In this document: positions 13,658-21,368 of the stretch, piece after piece | How the letters are laid out: every line of letters starts with the position of its first letter | Position numbering within the stretch: position 1 is the stretch's first letter | Source of the DNA: a virus | Virus record (IMG/VR): IMGVR_UViG_3300017435_000001 | Span: 1 to 45,509 of that record | Reading direction: 5' to 3' (one strand) | Length of the DNA: 45,509 nucleotides | Program-made: the position numbers and the translations under genes | Notes under the pieces: model-generated | The model's database searches: none | What the model saw: only the letters and a program-made list of their open reading frames with translations | Told to the model about the DNA's origin: nothing

Positions 13658-14103
13658 TCCACCTCGACCCATTCGACCCGCGCGACTGGCCGGTGCCGCA
13701 GCCCGAGGACGTCTGCTTCATCAGCCTGTCGTCGCGGATCGACTGCCACGCCATCGTCGACCGCGTGGATTACGAATGGGCGCTGTCGGTCGGGTCCGGC
13801 CTATGGTGCCACACGTACGGCTCTGGCGATATGTGCCCTGAGACCGGCGTCATGCAGCGGCCAGACGGCATGTACGCGCGCAAGACGGTCGGCGGGCGCA
13901 CGCTGTTCCTGCATCGCGAGATCTGCCGCCGCGCGCACGGCGAGCCGCCGCTCGATAACTACATGGCGGACCACCACAACGGCCACACGCTCGATTGCCG
14001 CCGCGTGAACCTGTCGTGGGCCACGCGCTCGCAGAACGCCAAGAACGTGCCTGGTACCAAGCTGCGGGAGGCGAACTTGCGCAGGGTAGGCCGTTCGTTC
14101 TAG
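13654..14103 (+). CDS. HNH endonuclease (149 aa), adjacent to the terminase genes
   Basis: LFLHREICRR...ADHHNGHTLDCRRVNLSWATRSQNAKN (H-N-H core). ATG 13654 forms an ATGA overlap. Confidence 0.85.
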   Translation: MIHLDPFDPRDWPVPQPEDVCFISLSSRIDCHAIVDRVDYEWALSVGSGLWCHTYGSGDMCPETGVMQRPDGMYARKTVGGRTLFLHREICRRAHGEPPLDNYMADHHNGHTLDCRRVNLSWATRSQNAKNVPGTKLREANLRRVGRSF

Positions 14104-14181
14104 GGTCTCGACGTTCGCGGTTATCGGATGTTGGCCGCGAGCGGATGGGTTCGGAAGCCCTGGTGATATCCTCCCTTGACT

Positions 14182-14220
14182 GGCCCGCCGGTTTGACAGC
14201 CTCGGCGGGCCTTTTCTTTT
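14182..14220 (+). terminator. Rho-independent terminator ending the rightward early operon
   Basis: Stem GGCCCGCCG (14182-90) / CGGCGGGCC (14203-11), 12-nt loop, then TTTTCTTTT. Confidence 0.8.
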
Positions 14221-14344
14221 GCGCGCGGCGTTGGTAGTTTGCGAGCGCTGGTGGTTTCTCTGAATAAGCCGGCATGCGGAACGTCCCCACCGGCCATACC
14301 CGGTCCTAGTTGCCGGGAACGTGCCCTCAAGGCATCCCCGCACT

Positions 14345-14379
14345 GAGCCCCGGAAATGCGTTCGGACGCGCCGGGGCTC
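14345..14379 (+). promoter_or_regulatory. 9-bp perfect hairpin 20 nt upstream of the terS start (function unknown)
   Basis: GAGCCCCGG / CCGGGGCTC with a 17-nt loop, followed by TTTCAC, then the SD AGGGG and ATG 14400. Confidence 0.4.
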
Positions 14380-14399
14380 TTTCACGTTCAGGGGTACAC

Positions 14400-15017
14400 A
14401 TGGCCGACGCATCGCCGCTCGACGGCATCGAACACGAAGAACTCCTCGCGACCCAACTCGTCGTCATGCCGGAGCGCCATCGCCGGTTCATCCTGGCGTA
14501 CCTGCGCACGAACAACGTCGCCCGCGCCTACCGCGAGGCCGGGTTCGAGGGAGGCGGCGGCAACCGGCTGATGCAAGATCCGAAGGTGCGCGAACAGATC
14601 GCGTTCTTGCAGCAAGAGCGCCTGCGCCGCCTACAGGTAACGCCGGAGCGGATCGAGGAAGAACTCGCCAAGATCGCGTTCGCCAGCCTCGGCGCGGTCA
14701 TGCGCGTGCAAGAGGACGGGACGGCGTACCTCGACTTGAGCGAGGCCGACGACGTCACCCTTGCCGGCCTGAAGTCGTTCAAGTGCGAGATCGAGCACAA
14801 GCCGGGCGACGACCCCGACAACCCGAAGATGGTCCTCAAGATGGAGGCGCATCTCTGGCCGAAGGTCGAGGCCCTTGGCAAGCTCGCGCAAATCCGCAAG
14901 ATGATCTCGGGCGAGACCCAGGTCTCGGTCACGGTCGACGTTGCGGAAGAGATCCGCAAGAAGCGTCGGGAGCGCGCGGGGTTGGACCCTGCGCCGGCAC
15001 AGGGGGACAAGGCATGA
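14400..15017 (+). CDS. terS: Terminase small subunit
   Basis: Lies upstream of the large terminase. Typical small-subunit segments RRFILAYLRTNNVARAYREAGF and LWPKVEALGKLAQIRKM. Confidence 0.8.
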   Translation: MADASPLDGIEHEELLATQLVVMPERHRRFILAYLRTNNVARAYREAGFEGGGGNRLMQDPKVREQIAFLQQERLRRLQVTPERIEEELAKIAFASLGAVMRVQEDGTAYLDLSEADDVTLAGLKSFKCEIEHKPGDDPDNPKMVLKMEAHLWPKVEALGKLAQIRKMISGETQVSVTVDVAEEIRKKRRERAGLDPAPAQGDKA

Positions 15018-15355
15018 TCGCGAACCAGGGCGGGACCATCCTCGCCATCAACCTCGAGGGGCGGCAGGTGCTTTTCCAGGGGCCGGACGGCAAGAACCAG
15101 ATCTGCGACATCAAGCAGTGGTTCGGGTTCGCGGGCGCGCCCGTGTCGACGCCGGAACTCGCCGTGTCGTTCGCGTTCGAGGTCGACGGCTTCGACAAGA
15201 ACGGCGTGCCCGTGACGCAGCGGTATGACGGGCAGATGCAGGGCGTGGGCGAGCCGATCCCGCGCTCGCCGGATGGGACGTTCGGAACCAAGGGCGGGCG
15301 GCGTCTGAACGACGACGTCCAGGCGAACTACGGCAGGGAAGGAATTGTGCAGTGA
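15014..15355 (+). CDS. Hypothetical protein (113 aa) inserted between terS and terL
   Basis: ATGA overlap with the terS stop. No family recognised. Confidence 0.65.
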   Translation: MIANQGGTILAINLEGRQVLFQGPDGKNQICDIKQWFGFAGAPVSTPELAVSFAFEVDGFDKNGVPVTQRYDGQMQGVGEPIPRSPDGTFGTKGGRRLNDDVQANYGREGIVQ

Positions 15356-15699
15356 AGAACGAGCAAGACATCGAGGTCGAGATCCAGGCCAAGGGCAAGA
15401 CGGCTCCGCGCCTCACGCCGGCCGACATCGACGCGGCCATTTCAGGCGAGGCGTACCACGTATTCCCTGGAACGACCTTGACCGTTTGCGCCCTGACACT
15501 GCGCAACGGCTTCGTTGTGACGGGCGAGAGCGCTGCGGCGAGCCCCGAAAACTTCGACGAGGAGATCGGGCGGAAGATCTCGCGCGAGAACGCGCGGAAC
15601 AAGATATGGGCGTTCGAGGGGTATCTCCTGCGCGAACGCCTGTCCAAGCCGGAGCCTGCGCCGCCTCCGCGCGGCGACATCGGCCACGCTGAAGCGTGA
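15352..15699 (+). CDS. Gp49-like protein (N4 gp49 / Sf6 gp66 family)
   Basis: TLTVCALTLRNGFVVTGESAAASPENFDEEIGRKISRENARNKIWAFEGYLLRE matches the family signature as I recall it. GTGA overlaps on both sides. Confidence 0.75.
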   Translation: MKNEQDIEVEIQAKGKTAPRLTPADIDAAISGEAYHVFPGTTLTVCALTLRNGFVVTGESAAASPENFDEEIGRKISRENARNKIWAFEGYLLRERLSKPEPAPPPRGDIGHAEA

Positions 15700-17225
15700 G
15701 CGAACTCTCCGACCGCGATCTCGCGCACGACATGGCGGACCTGTGGGATAATCCCCTCGGGTTCGTCCTCTACAATTACGGGTGGGGCGAGGGCGAGCTT
15801 CTGCACCATCCGGGGCCGGATCTCTGGCAGGTCGACTTTCTCGACGAATGGGGCCAGCAGATCCGCGAGCGTGGCTTCGACGGGTCGCGGTCGGTCCGGC
15901 CGATCCGGTTCAGCACGCGGGCGGGTCACGGCGTCGGCAAGTCGGGTCTAGTCGCATGGATCGTGGATTTCATCCAGAGCACGCGCCCGCACTCGAAAGG
16001 CATCGTGACCGCGAACTCGTCGCCGCAGCTTGAGACCAAGACGTGGTCCGAGATCGGCAAGTGGCACAAGCGCGGCCTGACGCAGCGGTGGTTCAACTTC
16101 ACGAACAGCAAGGGGAACCTGCGGCGCACGCACCGCCAGTACCCCGGCACATGGCGATGCGACGCGATCCCGTGGCGGAAGGAGACGCCCGAGGCTTTTG
16201 CCGGCCAGCACGCGGTCGACAGCACGTCGTTCTACATCAACGACGAGGCGAGCGCGATTGAGCGCAACATCTTCGAGACGCAGGACGGCGGTCTGACGGA
16301 CGGCGAGCCGATGCAGTTCCTGTTCGGCAACGCGACCCGGAACAGCGGGTACTTCTACGATACCCACATGAACAGCAAGATCGCGCGGCTGTACAAGGGG
16401 TTCAAGGTCGACAGTCGAGAGGCGCGTATCCCGAACAAGGCGAAGCTCGCGGAGGACGTCGAGACCTATGGCGAGGATAGTGATTATATCCGCGTCAAGA
16501 TACGCGGTGAGTTCCCCCGTCAATCGACAGACCAATTCATTGCTACGCAAGATGTTGAGCAGGCGCGCAAGCGTGAAGCGCAGTCAACCCCATATGACCC
16601 TCTCATATATGGCGTCGATATCGGGCATACCGGCGGTGACGAGACTGTCATCTATCGGCGGCGTGGCAACGATGCGCGCAGTCTACCGCCGATCATCATG
16701 CGCCCTGAGGGCGGTCGCCGGGACTGGCTGATGCACGTCGCCGGCAAGATCGCGGAACTGGCGCTGAAGGAGTTCCCCGACGCGATCTTCATCGACGGCG
16801 GCGGTGTCGGCGCTGGCGTGCCCGAGCGGCTGATGCAGCTTGAAATTCCGAACGTGTTTCCGGTCCTGTTCGGGGGGCGCTCGCCGAATGGGAAGTACCG
16901 CAATCGCGGATCGTATATGTACGGTTGTGTGCGTGAATGGGTCGAAGCAAACGGGGCTCTGCCGGACGACGATGTTGTCCAGGCGCAGTTGACCACGCGC
17001 GAATACTTCTACGACAAAGACAATAAGATCATGCTCGAAAGCAAGGACGAGATGCGCGCACGCGAAGGAACGACTGGCGGCGCGCACGCCTCGCCGGACC
17101 GCGCCGACGCGCTTGCCCTCACGTTCGCGATGCCTGTCGGTCCGCGCGATGTGAGCCGCACGCGGGCCGAGTTGCGCGGAGAGCGCCTAGACGCTACGCA
17201 GAACGCAGTCTATCGGCCGGAGTGA
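15696..17225 (+). CDS. terL: Terminase large subunit
   Basis: Walker A TRAGHGVGKSG, FYINDEAS (Walker B-like), nuclease-domain start IYGVDIGHTGGDETVIYRRRG. 509 aa. Confidence 0.9.
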   Translation: MSELSDRDLAHDMADLWDNPLGFVLYNYGWGEGELLHHPGPDLWQVDFLDEWGQQIRERGFDGSRSVRPIRFSTRAGHGVGKSGLVAWIVDFIQSTRPHSKGIVTANSSPQLETKTWSEIGKWHKRGLTQRWFNFTNSKGNLRRTHRQYPGTWRCDAIPWRKETPEAFAGQHAVDSTSFYINDEASAIERNIFETQDGGLTDGEPMQFLFGNATRNSGYFYDTHMNSKIARLYKGFKVDSREARIPNKAKLAEDVETYGEDSDYIRVKIRGEFPRQSTDQFIATQDVEQARKREAQSTPYDPLIYGVDIGHTGGDETVIYRRRGNDARSLPPIIMRPEGGRRDWLMHVAGKIAELALKEFPDAIFIDGGGVGAGVPERLMQLEIPNVFPVLFGGRSPNGKYRNRGSYMYGCVREWVEANGALPDDDVVQAQLTTREYFYDKDNKIMLESKDEMRAREGTTGGAHASPDRADALALTFAMPVGPRDVSRTRAELRGERLDATQNAVYRPE

Positions 17226-17485
17226 CCAGCATGCCCACGACGCGCGTTCAGTTATCACAGGGCGCATGGGCCGATTGCGGCGCAACGCCCTGCTATATAC
17301 AGGCCACGGGGCCGGCTCCGATCCGCTACGTGATCGACACAGCCGCGCCGACCGCGACACCCATCGACGACGTGCCGGCCCATGTCCTTGTGAGCGACGG
17401 CGACGATCTGGCCGACGCGAACGTGACACTGTCGGGCCAGCGCGTGTATGCCAGGGGGGCGGGGTTCCTCACGATTTCGAGATGA
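17222..17485 (+). CDS. Hypothetical protein (87 aa; alternative ATG at 17231)
   Basis: GTGA overlap with the terL stop. Confidence 0.55.
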   Translation: MTSMPTTRVQLSQGAWADCGATPCYIQATGPAPIRYVIDTAAPTATPIDDVPAHVLVSDGDDLADANVTLSGQRVYARGAGFLTISR

Positions 17486-17489
17486 GATC

Positions 17490-18047
17490 ATGGCGCAGTC
17501 GACGGTTGGCACGGCACCGATATCGCCGCAGGACGTAGCGCAGGCGATCCCGTTTGCGACGACCCCGCCGCGCGGCGAGGCGTCTACGCCAGTCCTCGGC
17601 AGCAGCAAGACGGTGCCGGATGCGATGCATCAGCACCCGCGCCTGACCGCGACGGGTCCGAACCCGCCGGACCCGCTTGTCCTCGACACGAACGGTCTCG
17701 CGACGGTGAACTTCACACAGGCGTTCGACCTTCCGCCCGGCGTCACCATCACGGCGCAGAACGTGAAGGTCTCGGGCAAACCCGTGCCGCGCTTCGACTT
17801 CTCGTACATCATAGGCGCGGTCGGCACTGCGAACGAGGGGAAGTACATCGGGGCCATCGTCTACGGCGAGCGGCAAAAGGCACTGCCCACGCTCACGCCG
17901 CTGTCTGGCACGCTGTCATTGCTGTCCGGCGTGATCTCTGGCACGAATGCCGCTCTCGCTTTGCTGTCCGGCTTTCTCCCGACCGAACCTGCTGCCGGCG
18001 CGGGTTTCTCCCTGATCGCGGTCAAGTCGTCCCGCGTCGTAACCTGA
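17490..18047 (+). CDS. Hypothetical protein (185 aa), possible fibre/receptor-binding accessory
   Basis: ATG 17490 (MAQSTVGTAPI...). The track ORF starts at 17448. It sits upstream of two glycan-active enzymes. Confidence 0.6.
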   Translation: MAQSTVGTAPISPQDVAQAIPFATTPPRGEASTPVLGSSKTVPDAMHQHPRLTATGPNPPDPLVLDTNGLATVNFTQAFDLPPGVTITAQNVKVSGKPVPRFDFSYIIGAVGTANEGKYIGAIVYGERQKALPTLTPLSGTLSLLSGVISGTNAALALLSGFLPTEPAAGAGFSLIAVKSSRVVT

Positions 18048-18056
18048 GGGCCGCAC

Positions 18057-19601
18057 ATGGCATACGAGGACGCCGTACAGCTTCCGAACGGGGCTTGGTT
18101 CGACATCACCGCGTTTCGGCTCCGCGTGCTGCAGTTGAACGCGACCAACCCCGCCGTCCCCCAGGATGGGCGCATCAAGCTGGCGAACGGGCAGACGCAC
18201 GACGTCGAGCTTATGGTCGCGCGCCTGGGCCTCGCGGACGGCATGCCAGCGCTGTCGACGCCGGACAGCCTTCACGGCATCCGGCTCCCGAACGGGAACG
18301 TGTACGACGCTCAGGATCTGAACCGTCGCCTTGTGGCGCGCGATGGCGGGCAGTCGTGCTTCCTGTCGCGCATCGGCGCGACGCTGACGGCCCGGCCCGA
18401 TGACGTAAAGCTCAAGCTCACGCCTGGGGGGTTCGTTGCTGGGGACGATGGCGTGCCTGTCATCACACCGTACATCGGGCAGGTAGCTACACGAACCTTC
18501 GTCCCAACTTCCCAAGACCCGGTAAGCGCCAAGCAGCTTTATGCCCGCAACGTCCATTACGCCGGCACCAATATGACCACCGTGGCCGCCCTCCTCGCGA
18601 ATTGGTGGGTGGGTGCGCAGAACAACCCGAAGGACGGCAGCGAAGCCGCCTCGGGTGGGTCGATGACCACCACATTCTCTATCGAGGACACGGCCGGCAA
18701 CATCACGCAGTTTACCTTCGGCGGTGCCACGTCGGGCGTGATCGGCAGCGGCCTGGATCGCCTCACGGATTACGTGACCCTGCGCCAGCCCATCTTGAAG
18801 GGCTCCAAATTCTACAGCCGTGTCTGGCAGTCCTGCCCGTCCGGCGTGATCTTCTCTACCCCGAACATCCCCCACGCCGAAGATCAGATCGCGTACGGCA
18901 CCACCACCCCTGATCTTACCATGGGCGGCACGGCTGGGGCGGGGCAGGGCGGCGTTGGTTATGGCCCCGTAGCAATCGTGGGCCTCACAACGGCCCCATC
19001 AGTATTCATCGGCGGCGACAGCGAACAGCGAGGCCAAGCCGATACCGTAGACGCGACGGGCGACGTTGGCGGCATCGCGCGTGCCCTCGGCCTTGCCGGC
19101 ATCCCCTACATTAACGCCGCAGCCGGTTCCGACACGGTGGGCAATGCCTCGGCCAACGGGTGCGCCAAGTACGCCAAGCGCGGCGCGGCGGCTCGCTTCT
19201 GTTCGCACGCGATCCTTGCCTACGGCAACAACGACTTCTTCCTCAACAACGCCTTGAACGCGGCGGTAAAGACTAACGTAGAGACGCTGACGGCCTTTGT
19301 CGCGGCCCGCGTCCAGACGGGCAAGGTGGGCCTCGCCACCCTGACGCCGGTCGCCAACTCGGACGGGTCGGTCAACACCACAGTCAACCCGAAACGCACC
19401 ACCCACAACGACTATATCCGCAACAACCAGATGGCCGGTATGTGGCGGGCTTTCGAGGTAGCGGACCCGGTTGAGAGCGCCCGAAACTCCGGCCAGTGGA
19501 AGGCCAACTTTTCGACGGACGGCCTTCACGGTCTGCAAGCCGCCAAGCTTGCGATCCGCAACTCGGGCAACATCCCCGGATCTGCCTTCGCCTATCCATA
19601 G
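18057..19601 (+). CDS. SGNH/GDSL-hydrolase domain protein (514 aa), candidate polysaccharide deacetylase/esterase
   Basis: C-terminal blocks FIGGDSEQRG (GDS), AILAYGNNDF (GxND) and FSTDGLHGL (DxxH). The N-terminal 300 aa match no family I recognise. Confidence 0.75.
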   Translation: MAYEDAVQLPNGAWFDITAFRLRVLQLNATNPAVPQDGRIKLANGQTHDVELMVARLGLADGMPALSTPDSLHGIRLPNGNVYDAQDLNRRLVARDGGQSCFLSRIGATLTARPDDVKLKLTPGGFVAGDDGVPVITPYIGQVATRTFVPTSQDPVSAKQLYARNVHYAGTNMTTVAALLANWWVGAQNNPKDGSEAASGGSMTTTFSIEDTAGNITQFTFGGATSGVIGSGLDRLTDYVTLRQPILKGSKFYSRVWQSCPSGVIFSTPNIPHAEDQIAYGTTTPDLTMGGTAGAGQGGVGYGPVAIVGLTTAPSVFIGGDSEQRGQADTVDATGDVGGIARALGLAGIPYINAAAGSDTVGNASANGCAKYAKRGAAARFCSHAILAYGNNDFFLNNALNAAVKTNVETLTAFVAARVQTGKVGLATLTPVANSDGSVNTTVNPKRTTHNDYIRNNQMAGMWRAFEVADPVESARNSGQWKANFSTDGLHGLQAAKLAIRNSGNIPGSAFAYP

Positions 19602-19609
19602 GAACCGCC

Positions 19610-20818
19610 ATGCTTATCGGCGCATACAACGGGAACTCGGCCGACGCGATCCGCGCCTATACGGCGTGGGTCGGTCGCGCCCCGGATCTCAACGCGATCC
19701 ACACGGGCGAGAATGCGAACGGCGCGCAGTCTGCGGCCGATAACTGGCTCGGCAGCATCGGTTGGGCGCTCGACGTCGCGGCCCCTGCCGGCGTCCTGCC
19801 GCACATCTCCATCCCCTTGCTGTGGGCCGGCAAGACGCTCGACGACGCCGCAGCCGGCGGCCTGAACGCGCAGTACGTCCAGGCGGCGCGGATCGTCGCG
19901 GCGCACTCGTCCGTGAAGGGCAAGGGTCCGATCGTCGTCCGCACCGGGTGGGAGTTCAACGGCTCGTGGATGAAATGGGCCTCGAAGGGGAAGGAGGCCG
20001 CGTTCATCGCTGCGTTCCAGAACTTCGTGACCGCGTTCCGCAGCGTGTCGCCCGACTTCGTGTTCCCGTGGTGCCCGAACATAGGCCAGAACGACCCTGC
20101 GTTGAGCTATCCAGGCTCGAAGTTCGTCGACGTGATCGACATGGATTTCTACACGCAGCCCGGCCAGCCTGCCGATCCGATGGCCTGCTGGCAACAGCAG
20201 CGCACCATGCCGTTCGGTCTCGATTGGCTCGTCGCTTTCGGCAGGGCGCAGGGCAAGCCCATCGGGATCTCTGAGTGGGGCGTCGACCGCGAGGGGTTTG
20301 GCCCGTACATCGCGGCGGCCTTCGACTGGTTCCGCAGCGTCGGCGTGCTCTACGCGAACTATTGGAACTCGACGGCGCAGCAGTACAGCATGTCGGGCGG
20401 CGCTTACCCGAAGAGCGCGGAGGTCTATCGCTCGCTCGCGCGGGCCGAGGGGTTGGCGAGGGTCGTCGCCGCGCCCGCTGCCGACAAGCTCGTCCTCACG
20501 GTCTCGGGCGACAGCTTCAGCGGAGATCCGACGTTTACCGTCACGGTCGACGGCTCCCCGTTCGGCGGCACCCTGACGACGTCGGCCGCGCACGCCAGCG
20601 GGCAGACGCAGGACGTGACGGTCACGGGTCTGTTCGGTCCGCCGCCGCATACCGTCGTCGTCACCTTCACGAACGACCTGTACGGCTACGCGCCGGACAA
20701 GGATCGCAACCTCTACGTCCATGCCGCCTCGCTGAACGGCATCGCGCTCACACCCAAGACGCCGGCCCCCATCGCATGCATGGGAACCGGAACGACGGCG
20801 GTGTTCACCGCTGCTTGA
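19610..20818 (+). CDS. GH26-like (clan GH-A) glycoside hydrolase with a C-terminal carbohydrate-binding-like module
   Basis: RTGWEFNGSWMKW (acid/base Glu motif) and PIGISEWGV (nucleophile Glu motif). C-terminal FTNDLYGYAPDKDRNLYVHAASLNG. ATG 19610 follows TAGGAACC. Confidence 0.7.
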   Translation: MLIGAYNGNSADAIRAYTAWVGRAPDLNAIHTGENANGAQSAADNWLGSIGWALDVAAPAGVLPHISIPLLWAGKTLDDAAAGGLNAQYVQAARIVAAHSSVKGKGPIVVRTGWEFNGSWMKWASKGKEAAFIAAFQNFVTAFRSVSPDFVFPWCPNIGQNDPALSYPGSKFVDVIDMDFYTQPGQPADPMACWQQQRTMPFGLDWLVAFGRAQGKPIGISEWGVDREGFGPYIAAAFDWFRSVGVLYANYWNSTAQQYSMSGGAYPKSAEVYRSLARAEGLARVVAAPAADKLVLTVSGDSFSGDPTFTVTVDGSPFGGTLTTSAAHASGQTQDVTVTGLFGPPPHTVVVTFTNDLYGYAPDKDRNLYVHAASLNGIALTPKTPAPIACMGTGTTAVFTAA

Positions 20819-20876
20819 TAGATCGGCAGGCGCGTGAGACAACACGGCTTCTGCCGGCGACAGGAGAAACGGGCGC

Positions 20877-21089
20877 ATGTGTATTTTTGGCGGCAAGTCC
20901 GCATCCCCCCCGCCGCTGCCGCCGCCCCCGCCCCAGGTGCCCACGGCCGGCGACGCGGACGTGAACCGCGCGCGGGCGGATGAGACGGCGCGGCTGCGGG
21001 CGCTGTCGGGGTCGGGCTCGACCCTGCTGACGACCGGCAAGACGATGGAAGGCGCGATGCCTGCGGGCAAAGCGAAGCTCGGCCAATGA
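20877..21089 (+). CDS. Small Pro-rich protein (70 aa)
   Basis: AGGAGA lies 10 nt upstream of the ATG. Sequence MCIFGGKSASPPPLPPPPPQVP.... Confidence 0.6.
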   Translation: MCIFGGKSASPPPLPPPPPQVPTAGDADVNRARADETARLRALSGSGSTLLTTGKTMEGAMPAGKAKLGQ

Positions 21090-21358
21090 ACGTCGTCGCG
21101 CTCCATCTCGTGAACTCCCTCGTCTGCGGGCACCTGCTCGTCCTGACGGCGATGGCACTGAACGCCGGGGTGTTCTTCCAGCGCGGCGGCGGTCTGGCCC
21201 TGCTGGGCATCCTCGCCGCTGCCGTCGCCATCGCAGCCGCGCACCTGGGCTCGGGGCAGACGGCGGACGGCAAGCCCGGCTTGCAGACGGCCTATGCCGT
21301 GTGCGCGCTGGCGACCGCCCTCGCGTGGGTGTTCTTCATCCTCGCCGCCTCTCTCTAA
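21086..21358 (+). CDS. Membrane protein (90 aa, about 3 TM helices)
   Basis: ATGA overlap with the upstream gene. Strongly hydrophobic throughout. Confidence 0.6.
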   Translation: MNVVALHLVNSLVCGHLLVLTAMALNAGVFFQRGGGLALLGILAAAVAIAAAHLGSGQTADGKPGLQTAYAVCALATALAWVFFILAASL

Positions 21359-21368
21359 AGGTCCGCAC

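Noticed and set aside
14130-14175. tRNA-like T-arm (GGGTTCGGAAGCCC) in the HNH-terS spacer
   Set aside because: The loop is 8 nt with only a 3-bp stem. No complementary acceptor stem, D-arm or anticodon arm can be drawn around it.
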